Shown piece after piece: positions 19,255 to 27,773 of a stretch of DNA of 64,000 bases (position 1 is its first letter; each line of letters opens with the position of its first letter). The position numbers and the translations under genes were made by a program. The notes beneath the pieces are model-generated. The model saw only the letters and a program-made list of their open reading frames with translations, did not search any database and was not told where the DNA came from. Source of the DNA: Oscillospiraceae bacterium (GTDB lineage Bacteria > Bacillota > Clostridia > Oscillospirales > CAG-272). Location of the stretch: positions 29,372 to 93,371 of the forward strand of contig SVRQ01000003.1 in assembly GCA_015064725.1 (NCBI GenBank), read 5' to 3'.

Positions 19255-20611
19255 TGCTTTTGTTTTTTCTTGCATAAGCAAGTGTTGCTTTCAGAGCCTC
19301 GTCCTTATCAACCCCCGCAAGGCGCAGTTTGTGTGCGTGATCAAGAAGCTTTCCGAAATTTTTTCCCGGGGTAAGCCCCGCTTCCGTAAGATCGCGCCCT
19401 CTGACGTAGGGTCTTGCCATAATTTCTTCAAAGATCCCAAGCCTTTCAAAAAGGAATTCATCGTAAGATACGGGCGCGGACGAACACACCCTGCCAAGGT
19501 GGTCTGCTTTTGCAATATAAACAAGATCGCGCGGGCAAAATGCGGCATCGAACATCTTGTTCGTTGCCTTTACGGAAGAGCCCATCGCGGCAAGCGCATT
19601 CGGACGCATATGAAGCCCTGCAAGGTTGAGCACGTATTTTATTACAGCCGTTTCATTTGTTATCCTTTTCAAAAAACGTTCTATTATCGGAAGCCCCTCT
19701 GTTTCGTGACCGTATGCGTGGATCTCCCCGTTTATAATGCTTGTACAAACAGCCTTGCCGAAATCGTGGCAAAGCGCTGTGAGCATAAAGGCAAAAGGAG
19801 CCGAGGTCTTATCGCGCAAGCGCGCTGCCTCGTCCAGCACCATCATCGTATGGTTCCAAACGTCCCCTTCCGCGTGGTGGCGCGGCGGCTGTTGCACTCC
19901 GATAAGTGCCTCAAGCTCCGGAAACCACTCGGAAAGCTTATCCATCTCTTTCAAAGCTTCAAAAAACACGGACGGGCGCGCCGCCTTGATCAGTGCTTTT
20001 TTCATCTCCCCCTCCACGCGCTCTCGCGAAAGGTGGGAAAGCGATATTTTACGGCACAGGAGAATCGTTTCTTCCGCTATGGAAAACTCAAAGCGCGCGG
20101 CAAACTGTGCCGCACGAAGCACGCGAAGCTCATCCTCTGCAAAAGTTTCGCCCGAAACGTGGCGAAGCACCTTGCGCTGAAGATCCGCCATTCCGCCGAA
20201 TTCGTCAACTATCTCACCCGTAAGCACGTCGCGCATTATCGCATTCACAGTGAAATCCCTGCGTTTTGCCGCCGTGCGCGTGCCGATAAAAGGATCTACA
20301 GTTGTTTCAAGATCCCTGTGTCCCCTGCCCGTTGCGTGCTCGCGCCGAGGCATAGCTATATCTATATTGTGGCCTTTGAGCGCGTATATACCAAAGCTTT
20401 CACCAATGGAGATGCGTTTTCCAAAGCTATCAAGTATTTTTTCAAGCTCCTCGGGGTAAACGCCGTGTATTTCTATATCGATATCCTTGTTTTCTTTTCC
20501 CATAAGCGCATCGCGCACGTATCCGCCCACAAAATAAGCCCTGCCTCCAAGGTTTGCAGCCTCCCGCGCGATATTTTTCGCCATTTCAAGATCTTTTTCA
20601 AAATCATTCAT
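19247..20611 (-). CDS. cca: CCA tRNA nucleotidyltransferase with C-terminal HD domain
   Basis: Pol-beta NTase motif GGYVRDALMG...DIDIE, and HD region PPRHHAEGDVWNHT...HDFGK. Confidence 0.85.
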   Translation of the reverse strand: MNDFEKDLEMAKNIAREAANLGGRAYFVGGYVRDALMGKENKDIDIEIHGVYPEELEKILDSFGKRISIGESFGIYALKGHNIDIAMPRREHATGRGHRDLETTVDPFIGTRTAAKRRDFTVNAIMRDVLTGEIVDEFGGMADLQRKVLRHVSGETFAEDELRVLRAAQFAARFEFSIAEETILLCRKISLSHLSRERVEGEMKKALIKAARPSVFFEALKEMDKLSEWFPELEALIGVQQPPRHHAEGDVWNHTMMVLDEAARLRDKTSAPFAFMLTALCHDFGKAVCTSIINGEIHAYGHETEGLPIIERFLKRITNETAVIKYVLNLAGLHMRPNALAAMGSSVKATNKMFDAAFCPRDLVYIAKADHLGRVCSSAPVSYDEFLFERLGIFEEIMARPYVRGRDLTEAGLTPGKNFGKLLDHAHKLRLAGVDKDEALKATLAYARKNKSKC

Positions 20612-20740
20612 ATTATCACCTACTTATTTTTTATTTTATCATAATAAATAGATTTCAACAATATAATTTTTGCTAATTATTCAAGTGAACTCCATTTAGT
20701 TCACAAAAAACAGCGCAAGAAAGGTCGGAAGAATCTCTCT

Positions 20741-20782
20741 AAAACTAAAAAGAATGAGCCCGGTTCAATACCGAGCTCATTC
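20741..20782 (-). terminator. Rho-independent terminator of the 1067-aa island gene
   Basis: Minus strand reads gaatgagctcgg-tattgaa-ccgggctcattc followed by tttttagtttt. Confidence 0.8.
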
Positions 20783-20798
20783 GCAAGCAATTTAATAT

Positions 20799-23700
20799 TT
20801 AATCAATTTGCGGAGTTTTAATAAGTTCCATAAGTTTATCATATGAGTCTGCATTCTCTAACTGATTTTTTGAGGGAAAATGATCGTAATCCAAAAAGGT
20901 GATATCTTCCAATATTTTTTTCAAAAGAGTTACCAATTCGTCTTCTGTTTTAGCAGAATGATCCGGGATTTTTTCTTTAAAAATTTCTTTTAAAGCAAAA
21001 TTAGTGCAATGGAGCATCATCCGGACCAAAAACCAGAAATAACGTTCGTGGATGTCTTCTTTCTTTAAGTACCCAGTATATGCCGTTGCCATATCCTTGT
21101 TCAAGCAATGCGTTGATTCAAATTTATAGCTATTGAGCATTCTTGTTGCACCGCACAAAAGAAGCAGTTCATTCTGCGTATCCGCATCAATGGGGGCTTT
21201 TTTATTATAAACCGGATTATATAAGCGTTGATAGTAATCGGTGTAAATTATGTTTTTAAGCAATAATTCCTCGTCCCTACTAGCATTGTAGGCTTTTTTA
21301 CTACTACCAAAGTAGGCTTTTAATAATTTGGTTGCGCTATTGTCAAATTGCTCCGAAAGATCGGAAAATGCGTAAAAGGCCAAATTATTAGCAATAATCC
21401 CGGAAGGAGAATACTCCGTTTCTTTAAATTTAAGGATATCATTTAAAATGCTTTTTGGGCTATCTTGTGCACAGCCTTTAATTGAATATGTCTTATGATC
21501 AATCCAAACACGGTCTTGAAACTCAATAGCTTTTTTTAATAGAGGATAACTTGAGATTCCCTCATTTTCACACAGGTTTTGAAGCAAAAAGAACTCCGGC
21601 TGACCGTTCATAGTTGTTGTTTCTTCACCTAATCCCAATGCTTCGTTGAATTTTTCAACGGGATAACACTTAAAAAACTTATCGCGGTTGATCAATTCTT
21701 TCAGCAAGGGGACTTGCTGAGGATAGAGCTGTTTCAAGAAACAAGCACGAAACATATTCTCTTTTGACTTAAAAGAATAATCGTTCTCCGCATATAAAAT
21801 ATACGTCAAAATCATCAATGCACTTACTTGTTGAGGGCGCTCCTTTGCTTTGTATTCATTTGCTTTTTTGCAAAGTTCAGAGATGATTTCTTCCTTCTTT
21901 TTATGATCGCCAATATTTTTATACACTGAAATGGCGAACAGGCTCGTCGCTGCCACATTATAATGGAGATGATCAGACGTTTTGGGAAGATCATAATTGA
22001 TCATATCGTTAACGATACGGTTGACATCGAAATCATCGCTTAAAGTTGCCGCAGAAGCAAATACTTCAAGGAAAATTCGTTCCCATTTGTTCCGGAAATA
22101 ATAGTTGTCAGAGTTTTTTGCTTTTTCTAATACGATAGCATTGTCTTTGGCATGCTCAAACATTTGTTTGAGAGTCCCTTCTGAAAAGAAACCTTTATTA
22201 GCACCATCAAAATCGTCTTTTGTAAAATAACACGGAGACGGTTTTTCTTTTATTTTTTTTGCCAAACGTCCAAGTGCAATCTTTATATCAAAGCTACTAT
22301 ATCGGCAGTACTTTTTTGAAAAAATACAGCTGATTTTTTCATTTAAATTGTTTAAACAAGCTTCATACAAAGGTAAAATATCTACTTTGAATGTTATTTT
22401 TCCATTCGAGGGAGTCCAGTCTATGTTTATTTTAGATACTTTTTTCAAAAGTTTTATTGATTCTTCAGTATAATAATTTATTGTTTTTGGAAAAAAAAAT
22501 TCAAATTCGAGGGGGATTTCTTTTGTCACCTGACTTTCTAATTTTTTTACAATTGGATATTCAATAGACGCTTGTATCGTATCGGTATTATTTTCGTATA
22601 ACTCCTCTATGCGTTGCAAGTTTTCATTTATTTTTTTGTCGATTGATTCTTGCGTGTGTTCATCGCACTGAATTTGCCAACCATCATCTTGCAATTTTTT
22701 TATAGTGGATTGCAGAGGGAATATGCTTGAGACTTTTTGAACTATTTCACAAGGGTCATATATTATATCCATTAAACGCGCGGTTAGGTCGTAGTCCTTG
22801 TTATTGTTATTGTTATTGTTATTGTTATTGTTATTGTTTTTGTTTTTGCTTTGGTTCTTGTTTTTATCTTGGATAAATTGAATAAGAATACTATTCAATT
22901 CTTCTTCATCATTGATTGGAGTTTGTCCTATACATTTCAAAATTGCTATCAAAAGACAGAGTTCTTTTTCAATATCATATAGGCGAGTTTTGTTTAAAGC
23001 TCTCCCTACTATTTGAGGAAGTGAACCAGTTTCTTTATTAGAACTTTTTGGAAAGTTAAAAGTAGTAAGAGTCTTTCCTTTAAATAGCAAAATAACATCA
23101 TATCTGTTGCTATTTATGGTTTCAGCACACACCTCTTTTGCGTCTTTTTTTTGAATAGAATCTAAATCTAACGAGTAAGTTTTTTTGTTGTCATCCGCTG
23201 TAGAATGGCATGCAATCAGAGTTGAAATCAATTTTGCGAGCTTTAACTTTCCGTTTTCAAAATATTTTAATTTGGCGTTCAAATCCTGTATAATTTTCTC
23301 GAAATCCAGTTTCGTTGGGGAGTTTGAATCTTTATTTTTGTTTGTAATTGCCGAGGATTCGGAGGCGCTATAATCTGAACAATTATAAAGGTGTAATAGT
23401 TCTTCCTGGACGCTCGAAAAAAACCGTTTTGCATAACATTCCTTGATTTCGTCTATTTTCCCCAAATCAAGTTCTAACCATTCGTAAAGCTGATAAGCCA
23501 ATTTAGATAAATATTGGTTGCTCGAAGTATTGCTCGAAGTATTGCTCGAAATCTGACTAGTTTCGAATTGCATGTGGTTATTTCTTTTTAATGAATTTAT
23601 ACGATTAATATCATTTTTTATATTGATGAGATTATTGGAATAATCACGGGAACAAACACAGTAATCGTATATATGCTCTATGGTATAATCCATATAGTTA

Positions 23701-24002
23701 TTTATATAAATGTCACTTAAATCATCCATTGATACATATTCCTCAAACTGTATAATTTCCCCGTTTATCTTCAGGCAGCTTTCAAGAATAGGCGACAAAT
23801 TCCGGTTTAATTCGACAGCTTTTTTTATCACGTGGATAGCAATTTTAATAAGTTTGGTGAGGTCTCTTTTGTCAGCGCGTGTGATTGTCGTATATTTTTT
23901 TCTACGTGTATAAGCTTCCTCATAACAGTTTTTTATTAAAGTGTCATACGTGCAATTATAAATTCCCAATATATCTTCGAGTTTTTCTATTGTTGTACCC
24001 AT
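20799..24002 (-). CDS. Large orphan protein (1067 aa), AT-rich, N/K/I/Y-rich, with an internal poly-Asn tract
   Basis: Single uninterrupted ORF in AT-rich DNA. By eye there is no Walker A, HEPN, HD, nuclease or protease motif. Confidence 0.75.
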   Translation of the reverse strand: MGTTIEKLEDILGIYNCTYDTLIKNCYEEAYTRRKKYTTITRADKRDLTKLIKIAIHVIKKAVELNRNLSPILESCLKINGEIIQFEEYVSMDDLSDIYINNYMDYTIEHIYDYCVCSRDYSNNLINIKNDINRINSLKRNNHMQFETSQISSNTSSNTSSNQYLSKLAYQLYEWLELDLGKIDEIKECYAKRFFSSVQEELLHLYNCSDYSASESSAITNKNKDSNSPTKLDFEKIIQDLNAKLKYFENGKLKLAKLISTLIACHSTADDNKKTYSLDLDSIQKKDAKEVCAETINSNRYDVILLFKGKTLTTFNFPKSSNKETGSLPQIVGRALNKTRLYDIEKELCLLIAILKCIGQTPINDEEELNSILIQFIQDKNKNQSKNKNNNNNNNNNNNNNKDYDLTARLMDIIYDPCEIVQKVSSIFPLQSTIKKLQDDGWQIQCDEHTQESIDKKINENLQRIEELYENNTDTIQASIEYPIVKKLESQVTKEIPLEFEFFFPKTINYYTEESIKLLKKVSKINIDWTPSNGKITFKVDILPLYEACLNNLNEKISCIFSKKYCRYSSFDIKIALGRLAKKIKEKPSPCYFTKDDFDGANKGFFSEGTLKQMFEHAKDNAIVLEKAKNSDNYYFRNKWERIFLEVFASAATLSDDFDVNRIVNDMINYDLPKTSDHLHYNVAATSLFAISVYKNIGDHKKKEEIISELCKKANEYKAKERPQQVSALMILTYILYAENDYSFKSKENMFRACFLKQLYPQQVPLLKELINRDKFFKCYPVEKFNEALGLGEETTTMNGQPEFFLLQNLCENEGISSYPLLKKAIEFQDRVWIDHKTYSIKGCAQDSPKSILNDILKFKETEYSPSGIIANNLAFYAFSDLSEQFDNSATKLLKAYFGSSKKAYNASRDEELLLKNIIYTDYYQRLYNPVYNKKAPIDADTQNELLLLCGATRMLNSYKFESTHCLNKDMATAYTGYLKKEDIHERYFWFLVRMMLHCTNFALKEIFKEKIPDHSAKTEDELVTLLKKILEDITFLDYDHFPSKNQLENADSYDKLMELIKTPQID
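22798..22838 (-). repeat. In-frame hexanucleotide microsatellite (AATAAC)n encoding poly-Asn
   Basis: The plus strand reads (gttatt) about six times, encoding NNNNNNNNNNNNN inside the 1067-aa ORF. Confidence 0.9.
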
Positions 24003-24046
24003 AATATTGTCTCCGCATAATTTTTTTATTAATCATATCTAATTTT

Positions 24047-24070
24047 TATAGTACCATATATGGTACTATA
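24047..24070. promoter_or_regulatory. Perfect 24-bp palindrome (operator-like) in the divergent island promoter region
   Basis: tatagtaccatatatggtactata equals its own reverse complement; 45 nt upstream of the 1067-aa gene start. Confidence 0.6.
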
Positions 24071-24219
24071 AAGTCAATATCTGCATCGTTACAAAAACAA
24101 AAATCCCTTGACGTTAATCCGTCAGATGGCGACGAAATGCCATTTAACAACAATATTTACAAAAAGCAAAAACTCACAGAAAGTAGTCAAAGATATCAAA
24201 AACATCTTGGATAACAATA

Positions 24220-24248
24220 TTGTGGATTTTTATTTAAAGAATTATAAT
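24220..24248 (+). promoter_or_regulatory. Candidate promoter for the plus-strand island operon
   Basis: TTGTGG - 17 nt - TATAAT, about 80 nt upstream of the ATG at 24331. Confidence 0.4.
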
Positions 24249-24330
24249 AAAGATAAGAAAAAAACCAGAAAATTCTTCTGCTTCTTTTCACTCATCAACC
24301 ATCCACACCGTCCAAAAATAGGAGGACCCT

Positions 24331-24621
24331 ATGAATAAAACCATTTACACCATCCGCACAAACCAGAAGCTCCATAAGCTCTTCGAAACGGCGAGGGAGA
24401 GCTTCTTTGAAAAGAATGACCCCCAAACAGCAAAAAGACTGTTGACTGAAGCTATTGACCTTTACGAACAGAATGTCGAAAAGATTGATAGTGACCTTGC
24501 TTACGAAATTGAAGGCTTCTATAAGACCTTGTTGCAGACATTGGGCAATATCTACTTCGACGAAGGCAACTTCGACGAAGGCGAAAAGCTTGTTCATAAA
24601 TTCTACGATTATAAACTTTGA
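24331..24621 (+). CDS. Small TPR-like hypothetical protein (96 aa)
   Basis: AGGAGG RBS. TPR-like helix pair ...LLQTLGNIYFDEGNFDEGEKLVHKF. Confidence 0.6.
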   Translation: MNKTIYTIRTNQKLHKLFETARESFFEKNDPQTAKRLLTEAIDLYEQNVEKIDSDLAYEIEGFYKTLLQTLGNIYFDEGNFDEGEKLVHKFYDYKL

Positions 24622-24643
24622 TATGAAAGGAGATAATTCTACT

Positions 24644-25189
24644 ATGGAAAAACACACAAATTACGAATTTGAACTGCTTGCCTCCCACCACTTGACTCGA
24701 TCGTTGCTTTCATTGCTTACCGGAAGCGATGATCTGGACATCCTCAATTATTTTGAGACTGCCTACACAGTCGAGGCTGAAGATTACGAAAAACTGAACG
24801 CGGTCGCAAGAGCAATCGATTCGTATGTATTACAGACTATCGACAAAATACCGAATGGCACCACCTGTAAAGTCGAAAGAGATTTGCTTCGCGATTACAT
24901 AGTGCTTTGCTGGAGCAACTGGCAGTATTGGAAGAAATCGGACGATCTCTTCCAAGATGATAGTATCGCGGCAAAACTCTTTTTAGACAAGCTTCATCTC
25001 ACGATCGACAGCGCAGAAGCGAAAGCCATTTTCTCTGACGTATATGACTGCTCGATGGGAATATACGAGATCGAGGAGGTTGCCGAAGGACAAGTTGAAG
25101 GGGCTAAAGAAGCAATTCTTTTCGAGCTTGAAGCACGCCGAAAAGTGAAAAAATATCGCGATCTTGCTCAAAAAACAAAAAAAGAATAA
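24644..25189 (+). CDS. Hypothetical protein (181 aa)
   Basis: Start at MEKHTNYEF with AAGGAG RBS, 22 nt after the preceding gene. Acidic, with no recognisable motif. Confidence 0.6.
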   Translation: MEKHTNYEFELLASHHLTRSLLSLLTGSDDLDILNYFETAYTVEAEDYEKLNAVARAIDSYVLQTIDKIPNGTTCKVERDLLRDYIVLCWSNWQYWKKSDDLFQDDSIAAKLFLDKLHLTIDSAEAKAIFSDVYDCSMGIYEIEEVAEGQVEGAKEAILFELEARRKVKKYRDLAQKTKKE

Positions 25190-25443
25190 AAAGGAGGAGA
25201 CAAAATGGATACGATTTAAAATCCCACAAATACCCAAAATATGGAAAAGAAACTCACAAAAAATACTCAGAACACCTAAGAAGGGTCTGGGCGGCGCCAT
25301 TGTAAATCCCTGCTTTTCGTGGCATCATAGAATCAGAAAAAACGCCACCTCAAAATACTAATTTTCGAATGGTGAAGACAAAGCTGCCCCTGCGATTGCA
25401 GGGGCAGCAAAAAATAATTGCGATAAACGAAAGGATTTAAAAA

Positions 25444-26871
25444 ATGAATAACACGAATGATTTTTATATCTATGAAAACTATGATAATTATGACGATGAA
25501 AATGAAATTCAAGAAGATGAATACCACCAATACAGAGATAGCACGTATGAAATAATTTCAAAGGTCGCCTACCTCATTGGTATCCCGAAAAGCGTTTTTG
25601 TTAATCCGAATCATCCTCCCAAAATCGAAGTATACGATCGCATTGATAAAGACAAAAATGCTCGTATAATTAGACACCTGTGCGTTATTCGCAATCATAT
25701 AGAGCGCGGCTTCAAACACATAAATAACAAAATGAAGTTCGAATATACCAATAGATCCATCTTGTCTATGCCTGAGTACATTCCTCCCGAGAGCATTCGC
25801 CAGCTTAATGAAGACGGCGTGAACTTTTATAAATCCTCCAACACCCAGCTTTGTCAGCACGTTATAGAGATCAACCGTATCATTTGCGATCGAATTAACA
25901 ACTGCAAAAATCTCTTCCCTCTTTGGTTGAATTGGCAATTCATACGAAATCTGTTTATTATGCCTAACGGCTTGACTGAAACCGGTACCAAATCAGCCGC
26001 CGATTTATTCTATGACAACCTTAGTCTATATCCCTATAAAGTTTATATCAACTGGAAACCTCAAGAACAAGGCAATATCCTGTATAATGATAAAAAATTC
26101 GTCAGTCTTTTGTATGAGTGGAACGGCTCGATATTCACCGATTACAGCAAAGTGTCGGATGCAAGCACCTATATTAAAGGAACGATATACGATTTCGTTG
26201 ACGATAGCGAAAAAGTAGTCATCGTTGTAGACTGCGAGAATTCAGATCCCTACAAGCTGAGTGCAACGCTCCGCAACCTCGACTACACGCACACCAAAAA
26301 GATATCGTCCATCATTCTCTTCGATGACGTTCACACCGCATCGGCTTGGCGAATCCTTGAACAGTTTACGAATATCCCGGTAGAGCACGTGATGACAGAG
26401 AGAGTCAAAGAAAATAAATCCTTGGTCGATATGAAATTGGCACTTAGAGCGAGCAAGGAGCATTACACTAATAACGTGGATGCTTTCGTAATCGTATCTT
26501 CGGATTCGGATTATTGGGGTCTTATAGAATCTATGCCTGATGCAAAATTTTTGGTGATGGTTGAACGCGAAAATTGTGGACCCGACCTCAAAAACGCGCT
26601 CGTAAATGCAGGCATCTTTTACTGTTACATCGATGACTTTTACTCCGGCAATGCAGATGATGTCAAACACAGTGCTATTTTCAAGGCAATGTATGAGTAC
26701 ATCGATCGTAAGGTATCTCTTAATATCAACGATATGTTCGATGAGGCGTTGCAGGTTACTCGTGCCGAGATGACAACCGCAGAGAGAAATCAGTTTATTG
26801 CCAAGTACATAAAGACTATGCAAATGAAGATTGATGAAAACGGAAATCTCCAACTTGAATTCAAAAAATAA
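25444..26871 (+). CDS. NYN/LabA-like (PIN-fold) nuclease domain protein with a large unknown N-terminal region
   Basis: The C-terminal third carries NYN-type acidic motifs VVIVVDCENSDP ... SLVDMKLAL ... DAFVIVSSDSDYWGLI. The first ~270 aa are unassignable. Confidence 0.65.
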   Translation: MNNTNDFYIYENYDNYDDENEIQEDEYHQYRDSTYEIISKVAYLIGIPKSVFVNPNHPPKIEVYDRIDKDKNARIIRHLCVIRNHIERGFKHINNKMKFEYTNRSILSMPEYIPPESIRQLNEDGVNFYKSSNTQLCQHVIEINRIICDRINNCKNLFPLWLNWQFIRNLFIMPNGLTETGTKSAADLFYDNLSLYPYKVYINWKPQEQGNILYNDKKFVSLLYEWNGSIFTDYSKVSDASTYIKGTIYDFVDDSEKVVIVVDCENSDPYKLSATLRNLDYTHTKKISSIILFDDVHTASAWRILEQFTNIPVEHVMTERVKENKSLVDMKLALRASKEHYTNNVDAFVIVSSDSDYWGLIESMPDAKFLVMVERENCGPDLKNALVNAGIFYCYIDDFYSGNADDVKHSAIFKAMYEYIDRKVSLNINDMFDEALQVTRAEMTTAERNQFIAKYIKTMQMKIDENGNLQLEFKK

Positions 26872-26891
26872 CAAAAGAAAGGAAAGCAAAA

Positions 26892-27773
26892 ATGAGTGAA
26901 AAAAACGCAATTATCGGAACTATAATCGGCGACGTTGTGGGTTCCATTTACGAATCCAAAAATAGAAACACACCTTCGGTGTTTGATGAATGGTTTCCTA
27001 AGGTGAGAGAATGTAGATTTACCGATGATTCCGTACTGACCATCGCGGTAGCAGATGCTATAATGCAAACCGAAAAAAAGAAAGACGATAAGCATTTTGA
27101 GCGATTTTTTAAGGAAAGTCTGATTGACAATTTTCATTATCATTCAAGACAGCGTTCTTGCAGTTTTGAATATAGATTTTTGGATTGGCTCATACGCCGA
27201 GAAACACGTCCATATAATAGCAAAGATAATGGCTCTGCGATGAGAGTTTCTCCTATAGCATACACGTCCAAAACAATGGAAGACGTTTTGGATATGGCAA
27301 AGCTCAGCGCGCAAGTCACACATAATAACCACAAGGCTATTAAAGGCGCACAAGCAGTTGCAGCAGCAATATTTTTTGCGAGAACGGGACACGGCAAGGA
27401 GGAGATTCGCCGATTTATCGAAGAACGCTTTTACAAGCTGTCGTTTACCCTTGACGAGATTCGCCCCATCTATAAATATGATATCTCGTGTAACAATTCT
27501 ATTCCTCAAGCGATAGTTGCTTTTCTGGAAGCCTCCGATTTTGAAGAGGCAATAAATAACGCCATTTCTCTCGGTGGCGGCACGTTAGCATCCATCGCAG
27601 GAAGTATTGCCGGTGCGTATTATCCCATTCCCGAATATCTTCGCGATAAGGTCCTTACGTACCTCACTTCCGAGCAGACGGATATTGTGCTTCAGTTCGA
27701 AAAGCAATATGTATGCCATTTTCCTTTTTGTCGAAGAGAACTTCTATCGGAAACGCTATATTGGAATGCTTAA
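26892..27773 (+). CDS. ADP-ribosylglycohydrolase-fold protein, probably degenerate (metal-site motif lost, 3' end runs into the convergent gene)
   Basis: ARH motifs IIGDVVGS, FTDDSVL and NGSAMRVSP are present. The C-terminal GGDSDT motif of the paralog at 36773 is replaced by GGG-TLAS. Twenty non-homologous residues follow before the stop. Confidence 0.7.
   Translation: MSEKNAIIGTIIGDVVGSIYESKNRNTPSVFDEWFPKVRECRFTDDSVLTIAVADAIMQTEKKKDDKHFERFFKESLIDNFHYHSRQRSCSFEYRFLDWLIRRETRPYNSKDNGSAMRVSPIAYTSKTMEDVLDMAKLSAQVTHNNHKAIKGAQAVAAAIFFARTGHGKEEIRRFIEERFYKLSFTLDEIRPIYKYDISCNNSIPQAIVAFLEASDFEEAINNAISLGGGTLASIAGSIAGAYYPIPEYLRDKVLTYLTSEQTDIVLQFEKQYVCHFPFCRRELLSETLYWNA

Noticed and set aside
19244-20644. 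466-aa plus-strand ORF opposite cca
   Set aside because: Shadow ORF, R/K/C/F-rich. The minus frame has NTase and HD motifs.
20612-20740. Direct repeats or att sites flanking the island (compared with 36540-36700)
   Set aside because: Only a weak shared aattttgct-like 9-10-mer was found, not distinguishable from chance in AT-rich DNA.
24108-24338. 76-aa plus-strand ORF (TTG start) in the divergent island promoter region
   Set aside because: No RBS. It overlaps the predicted promoter and the true start at 24331, and has a K-rich low-complexity translation.
25164-25361. 65-aa very basic ORF, and the hairpin ctgcccctgc-gatt-gcaggggcag (25383-25406), in the gap before the NYN gene
   Set aside because: The ORF overlaps the end of the preceding gene, has a non-ATG start and no RBS. 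The hairpin lacks a U-tract on either strand, so it is not callable as a terminator. Its role is undetermined.
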